Shown here one piece after another: positions 14,469 through 27,800 of a stretch of 64,000 nt of DNA; positions within the stretch are counted from its first letter, which is position 1, and each line of letters begins with the position of its first letter. Both the position numbers and the translations under genes were made by a program. Location: positions 56,298,001 to 56,362,000 of the forward strand of contig NC_045697.1 of NCBI RefSeq assembly GCF_009834535.1, given 5' to 3'. The notes under the pieces are model-generated. The model saw nothing but the letters and a program-made list of their open reading frames with translations. It did not search any database and was not told the DNA's origin. This DNA comes from Camelus ferus (Eukaryota).

Positions 14469-15447
14469 TATAACGTGAGTAGAAAGCTTTTTTAATGTGT
14501 ACTTTCTTATTCTTAAAGCACAGCACATAGATCCTCAGTAAATATTTGCTGATAACGAGAATGATTTTGTCTGCTGTAGCAAAAAGTTTACAAAAGGTGG
14601 TTAATATTTGGTGAAATTCATTTTGAGTCTGCCATATGTACCGGAATAAGGAAACTGAATCTAACATGTTCAGTAAAGTTTGGGAGTTGCATCTATGTTT
14701 TCACCTGTGGCATTTATGGAAGAATAACTTGTTTTTTAATGATCTCTGGCCCATTAGAATGATTAAAAGAAGTACAATGAATCATCATTAAAGTATAGCT
14801 TGTGAAATAAACCAACTGAAGTGTAGTCTAAAGATAACTCACCTCAAATTTTCTTTCTGCTTTTATGTGGTTTGATATGCCAGGATCGTAGTAGCTGTCT
14901 TCAGAGAAAGAAAGGAGGAGAGTCCCTGATTCCGAAGTTAAAGTGAATTTGTTCGTTTGTTTGTTTTTGTGACTTTATCCTTAAGACAAAAGGATGGCTA
15001 TACATGGAACATTTAGGTTTGCAGAATTTGGAGGTTCATTTTTATTTTAGAAGTCTTTGAATGTGTATAATTTATTTAAGGTTTGGCTTAGTGACGTACA
15101 CGACTTAATCTATTTTATACATGTGTTTGAATAATATAGCATAATCTGATCATTCAGTATTTTTATGACACCCATCTTTTAATACTTTAAAGCAAAATGT
15201 AATATATTTTGCTATGATAAGGACTAGACTCAGATAAATGCAATTTAGTTGTTGTATGTGATTTATTGTGAGTTAATTTTTGAGATTTTTTTTTTACCCT
15301 GGTAATAAGCTATTAATGAAGAAAGGTTCGTAACAGGGCTCCCCATACAAATGTTTTGAATTTTTCAACAGAGGAGGGGGAGATGGGAATAGGGGAGAGG
15401 GTAGAAATGAAAAGAGCTGGAAGATATGGAAGAAGAAATTGTGCTTC

Positions 15448-15683
15448 TGTTGCCAAAAAGATGGCCTCTGGGCCCTGATAGCCAAACTGAGACTTGGGGG
15501 CAGAGTTTTGGGAGAATTAGAAAAGAACTGATTTATTGCTTTGCCAGGCAAAGGGAAGTCACAGCAGCTGGCTAGTGCTTAGAGACTGTGAGCCCCTCTT
15601 GGGGTTAGGGTCCTGAGGTTTTACAGAAAAGCTGGGCAGAACAGAAAGGCAACAACAAACAGGGCATTTTTCTGGGGTCCCGT
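15448..15683 (-). mobile_element. ERV LTR-like segment abutting MER21
   Basis: Starts TGTTGCC. agaactgatttattgctttgccaggcaaaggga is typical of an antisense ERV1 LTR and carries AATAAA on the minus strand. Family not assigned. Confidence 0.5.
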
Positions 15684-16539
15684 ATTCTCTGACATCAGCC
15701 TAGTGTCCTATAGTTTGGTTCAACTTGACACTAAACAGAGTTGGCACAGACCTCACAGGTTAAGGGCTCAGTCTCAGACTGCCCCTTACTTCAGACACCA
15801 GTCACAATAAGTAGGTCCCCAGGTTCCCCACAGCTTCTGTCCAACTTGGCCACAAATAGGAGGCCTTCCCATCCCATGATCCCCCTCCTTGGATTTGATT
15901 ATTTGCTAAAACAGCTCACAGAACCCTGGGAAATAGTCTGTACATTTATCAGTTGATTATATAAGAAACAATTTGATAAAGGATGTAGATAGACAAATGA
16001 AGAGATACACGGGGCTAGGTCCATATGGGTCCCAAGTGCAGGATCTTCATTTCTGCGGAGCTGAGGTGCGCTCCCTTCCAGTACGTGGATGTACTTTTAG
16101 GATTTTTATGGAGGCTTCATCTTGTAGGCATAATGAATCATTAACTCCATTTCCAGCCCCTCTCCCCTCTCTGGAGAATGAGAGATAAGACTGAAAATTC
16201 CAAGCTTCTAATCATGACTTGGTTTTTCTGGTGACCAATCCACCAAGGGTCACCAAATTAAAACAAAAGACACTCCCATCACCCAGGAAATTCCAAGAGA
16301 TTTAGGAGCTTTGTGTCAGGAATCAGAGTCAAAGACTAAATATTAGAACAAGAGATGCTCCTAGTGCTCTTATCACTTTGGAAATTACATCATTTTAGGA
16401 GCTCCGTGTCAGAAACTGGGATCAAAGACTTAATGTTAGAATAAAAGATTCTCCTAGTACCCCTATTTAACAAGGGTTTTAGGAGTTCTGTGTCAGGAAT
16501 GGGACAGAGACCAATGTATGTATTTCTTACTATTTCACA
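15684..16539 (-). mobile_element. MER21-type LTR with an internal ~90-bp triplicated unit
   Basis: The reverse complement begins TGTGAAATAGTAAGAAATACATACATTGGTCTCTG. The unit tttaggagct..gtgtcag.aa recurs at 16301, 16394 and 16478. Confidence 0.8.
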
Positions 16540-17689
16540 GCAAGATACAAGAGCATCAGTTTTGGAACTTGATTAAGTAAGACTAAGAGATCCACTGATG
16601 GTTCAAAACTCACCTGCCAGGGACTAATGCTCAGAAAGGACAATATTGATAAGGGGTCCTAGGAAGTTATAAAGAGACACCTACAATCATTGTTGAGGGA
16701 TAAGGAGCTCCTGAGTAAGAAGGAAGCAGCCAATTGGAAAAGTTCTTTAAAATTACTGTGTATAACTATATCCTATTCCAGTTTGTTGAGACCACAACTT
16801 GGAAACAGTCATTGGATTTTGCACATACAATCAAAGCATGTGTTGTAGACATGGGATTCCCCTCAGAATTACTCAAAAACGCACTTAAAAAAACACTCTT
16901 TCCAGCCATTCTGCATTACCTCCTCTTGGAGGGTGGAATCATTTTATGCCTTTCTGTCAGAAGTATGGGGACTGAGGAGTAGAGTTTGGGAACCACCTGG
17001 GTTATCATTATGCATTTCATCCCTTTCTCAGTTTTTGCAAAAAATTTTTTTCAGTTTTTGCCTAGCTTCATCAGGAAATCAGTACTAAATCTAAGAAGAG
17101 TGGCAGTAAATTAAGACACAGATGCAAAAGGTGTTTCATTATGAGATATTTTAAGAAATGTATAATATAACATTATCAATGTTAATTACCACTGAACAAT
17201 ATCCTCACCTTCTTTTGTTGTAAATACCTGTTACCTGTTTAAATTACTCTTAGCATTTCAAAACTGATAGGGTGTAAATGACAGTATATTGTGATAAGCA
17301 TCATAATTGGAATTATTTGAATTCTTTGTTTAATTTTCTTACAATTATAAAGTAAAATAACCACAAAAAAATTTGAAATCAGAGAAGACTGAAATTGTCC
17401 CATAGAAATGCAAATGTTCCATAGAATTGTCCCTAGGCCAACACAGTAGATATTAAAGGCCTTACGTATTTTTTGCCATCATTTTATATCTCTGCACGCT
17501 AATTTTTACCTAATGTTTAAAAAATGTAATATTATACCAAATTAATTTCATTGCATCATAGACTCCACAAATAGGTTTTGTTAACTGCAAAATATGTGTT
17601 GGTCATTAATTCCTCTAAAATCTCTAGCCAGTCTCATGCATATTATCTCTAACTTACTTTTTGCTGTAAGACCATGTTATTATACTAAT

Positions 17690-17910
17690 ATCAGTTAAAA
17701 TGTTTTTAAGTGCTGTCTATGAGCCCAGGACATTTCAGAGAGCTTTACATGTATAATCAAACTTGCTCTTCAAAGTAGCCCTACATGGTATAGTTTCTAT
17801 TATTTATCTCATTTACATTAATGACTAGTTTACCAAAAACTATACATTTCGTAGTGGGTACATCCAGGACTGCTCCTAATTTGACTACAAACCCCATGAT
17901 CTTATCTGTT
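17690..17910 (-). mobile_element. MIR SINE
   Basis: ttaagtgctgtctatgagcccaggaca...gctttacatgtataatc...ctattatttatctcatttaca. Confidence 0.6.
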
Positions 17911-20094
17911 TTGCTCCCAAGTGTTGTCAAAAGGTAAGGACATTTTTATCACCCTTTAATAACTTTCAGAGGATTATTCTCCAAAGCACTGGTGATACTT
18001 CTTACTATGCCCTGCCACCTTTGAGGGCTCAAACTACACTCTTTCCTCCAGCACTGAGTACCATCATTTTGTTATTGTTGCTGTCGTTTTATTTAAAATG
18101 GATCAATAACACAACCTTTACATTGTCTTTCTTTTTTTAACCAGTAAACTGAAAATACTATCTATCTAATTAAAATACTTCTTTTGTGAAATTACTCTCC
18201 CTGCCTCTCTCATTTATCTTTTGGGATCTTAGTGCTTTTCTTATCCACTTGTATGATCTCTTGCTTTGAAATTTGAGTCATCATTTATCCACAGCCTGTA
18301 GTCTTGCTTCTCTGATCTAGTATCTTTGAGAATTTCTTCCCAAGACTTATAATCACCTTGCTTCAGTAGGAAGTAGGTTATCTTACTTACACTGACACAC
18401 TTGGTACATTTATTGATCAACTCTGTGTAAAGCTTGGCTAAAGTAATTTCATTCGAATCTTTTGGGGGTCTAGAAAGCTTCTGTTATCATGTTTTAATCT
18501 TCCAAAGGACAAGTCAAAATATCTTGTTAAAACAAAGATCAACAGTTTTGCTATTTAAGCCTAGAAGGGCTAAACTGTTTTAAACTTGGATAATAATGAT
18601 CTTGGTATAACTGCATACAGTTACTTCCAGACTTCCAGGTGCTAAAATCTGATGGGAATGCAAATGGACTCTGTGTTGAACCATAGCTCACATAAATTAG
18701 ATTGGCTGCTATTTCTAGCACATTTTGGTTTCTATTTCTAAATTATCTCTGAGGCTTTAAGCATTTTCAACCTGCACTTCAAGTATTTATTGATTAAGGA
18801 AAGAACATGTTTTTTATACCATCTGGTGCTGAGGTGTTACTGTGGGAGCATCCTCAGAGTTTATTTAAAATGAGTAATTTGGGGGATTACTATTCCACTT
18901 CAGATATTCATAGAGAAGGAGCTTCAGTTTTAATTTTCTTAATGACATATTAATGCACAGTATGCTCTGATCACTAAACCCTTAAAAAATGTGTTTTGTG
19001 GAAACGATTTTCTTTAATTACATTAGCCATCTGTATTTATGTGAATTGGTCTGAATGTAATTAGTTTAGTTATATTATAAATAGAAATACTTATGTAGTA
19101 ATATTATATAGATCATGAAAAAATGAATTTCTCTGAGATAATGAGAATCCATTCTATCATTTTGATTATGATAATACCAAGAGTAGTAGCTACCACTTTT
19201 CTCCCAAAGCATATGATATCTGATCTAAGGGAAAAGTATCCTCTCACTTTATTTTCACAAAAACTACGAGATAGGATTCATTATTATCCATATTTTATAG
19301 CAGTCAGCCAAAACACAGCAAAGTTAACTAACTACCCAAGGTATTAATTTATGCCATCTTGAAACAAGTCAAAGTATCAGTACAAAATCTAAAACAATGA
19401 CTTAGAAAAAAATAGAGGAACAAGTGTTTGATTTTACATGATTTCAGATTTTTGATTGAACTTTTTTCAGAATTATAAATTGGGAATCTAATGATATATA
19501 AGGTAACAAATTTTCGAGGACTAAAATTTGTAGATTTGGTGTTACAGTGAATTGTGTGTATGTGTGTATGTGTGTGAGTATGTACTAATTTGTAAGACAA
19601 AAGCCTTATAATTTTTCAAATGAAAAGGACTACATAAAATGTTAACATTTTTAGAATCTCTAGTGTACTTTTTTGGGTTTTAGAACACTGATCAAGTATT
19701 AAACAAATCTTTGTAGGTGATGGCCAATCAGTGCAGTTCTTGCTTTCCTAGACAGTTCTGCATGAGTTTGTAAACTGTGCACATTCAACTAGGATGTTTG
19801 TGCTTTGTTAGGAGATGATGTCATCTTTTTTTAACTGCTGAAAAACAAGTGTATACATTTGTCAGCAATCTGTTATTATTTATTATTTATTGAGTTGAAA
19901 CTGTGCTGTTTGAAATTTACACATATATGCAAACTTTCCATATTAATAACTACCAGTAAATTGAGATAATTGTGCCAATAGGTAATACCAATTACAGTAA
20001 AGCTACTTGTTGTGTCATTCATCCTGTTTAAATTGTGAAGAAAGAAAGATCAAGAAATCATCTTCATCTCACGAAACTAATAGTCTAAAAAAAG

Positions 20095-20299
20095 AGGAAG
20101 GCAGATTTTCTTTAAAGTGCCAGATAGTAAATGTTTTCAGCTTTGCAGGCCACACATACTCTGTCACAACTACTTAAGTTCACCATGACAGCATGAAAGA
20201 AGCCATAACCATAATGAGCGTGGCTGTGTTTCATAGCACCGGACTTACAAAAATAAGTGGGAGGCTAGATTTGGCCCATGGGCCATAGTTGTTAACCTC
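20095..20299. mobile_element. MER58A-like hAT-Charlie DNA transposon
   Basis: gccagatagtaaatgttttcagctttgcaggccac...ggctagatttggcccatgggccatagtt. Confidence 0.8.
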
Positions 20300-21740
20300 A
20301 AATCTTAGTGCCAATACAAACAGAAGCAATAGGAATGTTAACATACCTAAGATATCAGTAATTATGACATTAATGAAATAAATATAATTATTAAATATGT
20401 ATCAAGATTTGCCAAAGTATTTTACAGATTGCTTTACCTACTCTTTAAGTATTTTAACATTTTGTTACACTGTAGCTTTGACTTTCAGACTTTCAGTAGC
20501 TCCACAATGAAAATAATTATTCGGCATTTTCTTTAAAATATATGTAGTCAAACTGGAAATAAATGTCACAGTTGCCATTTTAGTGACAGCCAAATTCTCA
20601 GATGCTTAGTAATATGAAAAATCTAAGCATTATCAGTGCTCCAGAGAAACTATAGGGAATGTGCCTTCTATTCCTTTGAGAAAGGTCCATTGGAAGTTGA
20701 TTTGGGAATATTTGTCTACCTTTGTTAGCATTTCCAAATATATTGAATGTTTGCATTGTATTTTCTTCTTATTATTTGATATAAAATAGAGTAGATACAA
20801 TTGAAGTAACCGAGTTCAAGAGAGACAGAGTTTAGATAAAACTCTCAGCCTGCTGGTGTGTGGTATCATTACTAAGCTCACTCCACAGTTCTCTTGAAAT
20901 CACTATCAGTGCAATTAATAACTATACTGGAAAGTGAATGCATTGAAACACTAAATATCTTCTGTGTTATATTCTGCCATTAGTTTATGTGGTTTGTAAC
21001 AACAAAGTACATTTTATTAAACAATTTACTTGGTATTTTCTGGATTTCTTTTTCTATGACTATGTAGAAAATTTAAAACAATCTAGAATGTTGCAATATC
21101 CAGAAAAGTGCATGTATTTTGTATAGTTTGGGTTTTTTTTTTAATACAGAAATAGCTCTGCAAATATATTATGGAGATGCATTTTTTAAATCTGAAAATG
21201 TAAATTTAAATTGGTAGCTTTCCATAAGTGATTGGAGAAGTCATGTAAGCATAACGTTTTCAGTAGGCTGTGATAAATAATGCCACTGGTGTAAGAAATC
21301 AGTGGGTCAAATGAACGCAGTATTATTCTCCAGCCTGAATTTGTAGGCTCTCTGCAAAACATTTGTTTACAGGGCTATTTAGAATGTCTTTGGAATATAA
21401 ATTTTGCAGGAATTTCTGAGGAAAGATATATTTAAATGGGCTTATGTCTTTAGTCGTATGTCTGTATTAATTGGATAATCAAATATATTGGCTCATTATA
21501 TTTCCTACTGAATAAGCATTTTAAGTAAAATGAAAATAATTATCTACTACAGCTCTGTGTTTAACTCCATAAAATGCTTCTTAACTTAAAAGGCATTGTG
21601 GAAAAATTAATTGTATGCATTTAGGGATTTTTGATTTTTGAAAAGCAAAGCAGACACCTGTCTAAATTCATAGTGTCTTTATGCTGTATCAGGGGAGTGG
21701 GATCTCTTCCTTATCTTGAGCTCTCTTGTTTGCTTTTCAG

Positions 21741-21806
21741 TTGCTGCGATTGTGGCTGTGGAAGGGCTTCTTCCCTGTGCGCTGTTGCCCATCCAAGCCT
21801 AATATG
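21741..21806 (+). CDS. EPHA5: EPHA5 cassette exon (~exon 9), Cys-rich juxtamembrane insert (S)[21 protein letters not shown](W)
   Basis: Acceptor ttgtttgcttttcag and donor TG|GTTAGT. 66 nt, symmetric phase 2-2. The peptide matches the EPHA5-specific insert [23 protein letters not shown] as I recall it. Confidence 0.95.
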
Positions 21807-24800
21807 GTTAGTGTTCCCCTCCTGCTTTCACTCCTATGTGCTGTGCCACCTATATGTATTATTGTCAGCATTCCTTTTTTTTTCCATTTGTGTACATTTT
21901 ACTAGCACGCCAGTTATGCCTTAAAGATGAGTAGAATGAAACTGAGTCCCCAGAAAGAATCTTGACAAGTGATTTCACAATGGGTACTTTCAAATAAAAT
22001 ATACATAGAGCGTATCACCCCGTGCCAAGCATTCATACTTCTCTTCCAAAGCTTTTACTGTGGTCCTGATTTAAACCAGGAAGTTGTAAGATTGTGGCAT
22101 CTGTTTTACATTTAACATGTCACTGTTTTTGTTGTTCCATTAAGTTTAAAACCATATCATACTTACAAGTAGAATGCTACTTCTGTCAAGGTGAAATCAC
22201 CTTTCCTGTCTCCCAGAACCATGGAATGACCATAACATAACTGGGATCTTCTATTTTCATAATCATTGTGGACATATGTGGCATTGGAGAACAGACATAT
22301 AATTTTAAGTGGTTTTCTTCATAGTTTGAAGTTTGAAGTATTTCAGATACTAGAGGTGATATTCCTAATTTGATACCAGTAAAGTAAAAAGTATGTATAT
22401 TTTTGGGATCAGTGTCCAAATGGGATAGTCTTAATTATTAACAAATGCAAATCCTAAGTACACATCTGGGTTAAGCTGGAAAACTGTAAGCTAGACCGTA
22501 AGACCAGAGAACTCTCTTCACAAATTTAGGGGAACTCTTACCCAATAGCGAGCTTGTAAAAAATGAAATTCTCCAGATAATTTCTTTCTTGATTAAAGAG
22601 TCTAAATCCCTTCACTACTATGTTATAGCTCTGTTATTTGTCGTCAAAATTTGCCAAGGAAAGATATTCTGAAATGCATTTTGGAGAATTATAGGGTTAC
22701 CTTGGGGCATTTAAAATTGTAATTTGTAATCTCTAGGTGTAAATTTATTTTTGTGGATTCAAAAATCTGTGGTGTGAATGAGTGTGACGCATGCATAGAT
22801 GGGAAAAGTGATGGAATGGGTACCAATGATCTTCTGAAAACAAGAGAGAGTAAACAAGTAGATTGATAAATTCAGAGGTCTTTTTCTCAATCCTTTGAAA
22901 TTCTTATATTTGAAAAAAATTTTTGAAGTTAATATGAAAGTACAAATTTGTTCCTAATTATTTAACTGACTCAGGATTCTTATATTAGCCTGGGGCTTCA
23001 GTGACAGACCAAAAACAGACAAAAAACCTCTGAAATCTGGCAGTGCCTGAAGTATAACATAAATGACTTGAAACTGTGACTTTGTATTTTTTACTGCTTC
23101 ATGAAAAACCAAAAAATGATCACTCAAATATACCTTAATGGGAGTATGAACATTTATGAAGCCATGACTTAGAAAATATTGGCAAAAACTAACTGTAGCT
23201 GGATTTAAATTGCATGATTTTTAAAAAATAGTCTATTTTTCTACTGAGTAGTTGACTTCAGGGGGTTTATAAAATGAACAAATAAAAGAAATGAGAAAAG
23301 TGGGAAGGTGGAACACTTTCTTTTAAAAAAACACACCAGGAAACCTAAGATAACAATTTTTGCCTAGTATCTTTCTTCAAATAATGTTAGTAATCATGGA
23401 TTCAGTGAGTGTGCTTGTGTATGTGCATGTATGTGTGTGTGTATGTGTACACAAAAAACAGAAATGATTTAGCTACAAATGTGCTTCAGTGCCCAATAAA
23501 ATGCTAACAGTTTGTGTGCAAAGATTTATGGGAGAGCTAGATTTTTTAATGCATTCTTGGTAAAACAAAACGAAATATAACAAAAAAACTTTAATTGATC
23601 TTACATAAATTAGACAGTAATAAAGTTGTTCAGAATTATTAGTTGGGAAGAATGGAAGCTAAGTATGTTTTTATTGCTCTGCTTTCTCAAATTCCATGTC
23701 ATAATTTCTAGTCACTATGAGGTTTCAGTTAAAGATACTGTTTGCTTAGATGAAAGCATTGGGGAGAAAACAACCTAACATAATGGAAATTAAGGGCTAA
23801 GAAGAAGCTTCCTAGTAGAATCGGTAAAATACAAAAAATCTTGTCACCTAATTTTGTGTGTGTAATCATATCAGCGTTTGTCAACTACCACATTAATAAC
23901 TTCCGAGGAGCATTCTGTCATCATTTGTGAACAGACATATTTACAGTTACACAGCAGAGGTTAGACATTTTGAGATTTTGGAATCTCATGGTTTTTCATT
24001 CCTTGAAAGACCACTTGTGAATATGTGTGAATAGTTTTGACCTTAATATAATGCAATGCAGATACATTAAAATTGACCGTTGTAAATATACTGGCTTTTA
24101 GAAGTATCTTAATATACCTTGTAGAAATCTCAGGGTCTGAAAAACATAATTGCAAAACCATTTATCTAGATCATTGGCTCTGCAATTCAACTATATTAAA
24201 TCTTCTGCAAGGCAGTGCATCTCTGAGCTTTACCCTCGTGGTTCCCACCAGGAAGCCATGCTCCATTGTTTTTCAAATGCCTGGTGTGCCTTTTATGAGA
24301 TGAATTTGGTAATTACATGTTGCCATCTTTGATTTCATATTATTTTTTATCACTCTAGTTGCCTACTTTGTTGTGAAATCTGTGCACATATGCATAATAT
24401 TAATTTTTAAAATTTTCTTCCTGCTTTGACTGAAATCTCCCCATTGATGGAAGATATTTCTGTAAAATTTTGGAATGAAACTCGATGCCTAGATTTTAGG
24501 CACCCTATCCCCAAGACTGCCTACATTTTCAGCAGATATATTTTTTTTTTATCAGTGATCTTTGACTTTATACCATTTCAAATGGCTTGGGACTCTAATC
24601 ATTGTTTCATTCCTTCCACCTTCCCCCAATCTATTTTCACAAGCATCCAGTGTTGAATTGATTGTCTTCAATGTAAATAAGATTTTAATGTGTGCAATTT
24701 CTAAAACAACATTATTATTTACCCCTTGATATTCACTTGTGTTTATGCTGAGAGCAATCAATATGTATTTACAACATAATGTTTATTACATGTTCTTCCG

Positions 24801-27800
24801 AAACATCCCATAGTTCCAAAGTAGCTTTTTCTTGCATTTCTTACAAACATATGTCAGACTGTTTTCTTTGTTCATTAGTTTTCAAGCTTTCCAGTGTTTT
24901 CATATCACTTACTACTTCTTCTTAGGGGTTCAAGCATCCATGGAAATAGAGTTTACTTTTATGAAATAGAGATATTATTAAATTCTTACTTTGGTCACTT
25001 ATCTACTCTATGATTTTTAGGAAGTCAACCTCTTTTTTTTTAGAAATTATTATATTTTATTTTTAAAAATATTTTTAATTAGAAACATAAAGGATAAGCT
25101 AACTTCTCTCATAATTCAGAAAATAGAATAAAAACAAAGCAAAACATATTTCTCTGACCAAAAGGATTATGAATTACATTGAAACATTAACTATTACCTC
25201 AATTTTTCAATGAACTATTTTTCTTTGTCTTAATTAGCTGAAAACTTCTTGAAATTTGAAGTAAGCAAGGTTTTATTTTTACATACATTTAACAGATTAT
25301 TTCATTTATCTTCAGCAGGTTTCTGCCAGGGAGGTATATGGAAGTACTATTCCATTTTATAAATTTAGGGAAAAGACAGAATAAAATCATCCCTTATAAT
25401 TCTAGACCCCCATTTAAAGTGCTTGTGGCAGGCGGATGTGAGGTTTGCCTGCAATATAGAGTGAGAATATATTAAATTCCAATTTAAAGCTTGTTATGTA
25501 AAATATAACTATGAACTACTCTAAAATCTCATTTAGTAATACCTGTAGAACCTCAGACCATAGGAGATATTAAGTGGGACTACTATAATTGAGAAATCTA
25601 ATGGTCACATCCATGAAATAGTTTAAAAACGAGTAAGAAGTTTCCTACTCTAGCATTAGAACAAAACTTGTTGAAAACAGGGAGATAACGATTCTCACAT
25701 ATCATATCTGATGAAACGCATTTTTATATCAAAATTCTAAGGTAATTAAAATTTAACTCAATAATGAAAAATCTGTAATTCATCTTTGAGTTTTTTGAAG
25801 TATTTCCAAGTATTTGTGTCTTCCCTTTATGGTTAAGTCTAAAAGGATTTGAAGAGTTTATCTATGAAAAATCTACAAATTCATTTGCACTACACTGTGT
25901 TGGAAGTGTTCTTTTCTATTCTTTCTTTGTCTTTTAGAATATGGAAATAAAAAATGATATATAAGGCATAAAATAAGAAATGTTAGCTTCTCACATTGCC
26001 ATCAATCATAGGGTGGTTAGTGTCCTTGGCAGAATGTGAGACGGGACCATAGCAAGCTCTGCCCTCACTTTATGTGGTGTTACCATCACTCCATTCCCAG
26101 ATCCAAGGCAAGCATGTTTTTCAAACTGAGTACATTTTCTTCAAGAAGTATACTTGAGAATTTTCAATAAACAATACTAAATCAGTCACATTGTTCTGTG
26201 TAACTTACATCTATCAATAAGGAATCAAAATTCAGTACCCCAGTATACAGATGCTAGCAAGACAGCCTATATATCCAAAGTCCTATTTTACTGCATTTGC
26301 ACCCACATTGTTATTGAAGAATGTGGTCCTGTAAAATAAAATGTAATATTTTTCCAGTATTTATTAGCTATATTAATAAGCTAATGTTCATATGCTTCCC
26401 TATTTTTATGAGGCTGAGTTAGCTGAGCTTTTATTAAAACTACTTTTGTTCAGTTTGAGAGAACCTTGAAGTGAAAAAGTCAAACTATTTCCCCCCAAAA
26501 TTGTAACATTCTTTTCAAGATTCCAGCAAATAAAATTGCTAAATACAGCATTATGCGGTAGTAGAGGTCATTATTATGTCAGAACAAGGGAGTTCATGGG
26601 TGGAGAAATGTGTTTTTAAAAGAGGCTAAAATTACAAGGAGCCTTTCTTTTCCATAAGCAAAACACATCGACTCTCATGTTTGCTGCAGCGTTTCCTTTT
26701 GAATATTTTTGCTTTAAAATATAGGTAAAGCATTTCTTAATTCATCTGGAAAACGGAGGAGCTGTATAGGGTGTGTCCATTTCTGAGCCAGGTATTGCAT
26801 ATGCTCACTCTTTCAAAAACATCACAACGCAAAGTCTTTCCTTCTTTGACCATTGCACCTCTCCCCACCTTATTTAGAACTAAGAGGGGAAAGTGTTGAT
26901 TCAGTGTTTATTTCTGTAGGCTAAAGCAATAGAAAAACCAGATTCTGTGGAGACTATTGCAGATCAAGGATCTACAATCTCCTCTGGCTTCCATTCACTC
27001 GTCTTTCCTCATTGGCCATAACGGTGCCATTTAGTATATTTCTGATTCTGTGCTTCACTTGGTACTGTGGAAGGTTTGACACTCATACCTCTAACTTATT
27101 ATCAAATCCTTAATTTATATCCAAGAACTAAATTACTCATTGCACATCCATTCATTCATAAAGATTACTGTTTACTATTTCTTGTATTATGGAAATTTTA
27201 AATATCCAAATTTAGATGTTATGGCTTGGACCAAGTTTTTAAAATCAGCATTAATATTAGCAAGGTTATGTTACACAAATCCTTAGGATGGAAATGAGAG
27301 AAAATAGATTGATTTCTAAATTTCCCATGAAATCGCTTATATATTATATAGGAAGCATCACTATTGTACCTTTTAATAACTATCATTCATGAATATGAAT
27401 TATGCCTACATTTAATATGACTTCTCATACCTACCTCGACTACTAAAAAAATAAAATAACGCTGTTTTCTGGAATGACTAGAAGATGATTCCTCTAATTA
27501 CAGTACAGATATTTTTAGTACAATGACATCAAAACTCATTAAAATTATGATATGAAGCAAAATGAAGAAGCTGGGTTCTTTTTGTTCAGAAAGAAATCAG
27601 TTCCAGAAGATGGGAGTCTTAATTTCTGTACAAAATGGCATATTTAATGAGTGTGTCTGATGGGTTAAAATTATGCAACTGGACAAGGTACAGAAGATGG
27701 TACTGAATGAACAGGCTTCCTGCAATGCTTTGTTAGCGAGGCTGAACCACCGCTGGAGTGCCAGTCTCTGCCAGCTGTAATTTTACCTGCTGTATCTTGT

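Noticed and set aside
16301..16500. Three ~90-bp spaced repeats resembling an array
   Set aside because: Internal tandem unit of the MER21-type LTR. There are no unique spacers and this is not CRISPR.
1..21740. EPHA5 transmembrane or extracellular exons
   Set aside because: None recognised. The region is interpreted as the 3' part of the intron after the TM exon.
22200..22240. Strong-looking acceptor ctttcctgtctcccag downstream of exon 9
   Set aside because: In-frame stops follow at once and there is no convincing nearby donor. Such sites are common in introns.
27738..27800. Possible third copy of the Cys-rich cassette (...ECQSLPAVILP)
   Set aside because: Similarity is minimal, no phase-2 donor is present, and the frame ends in a stop.
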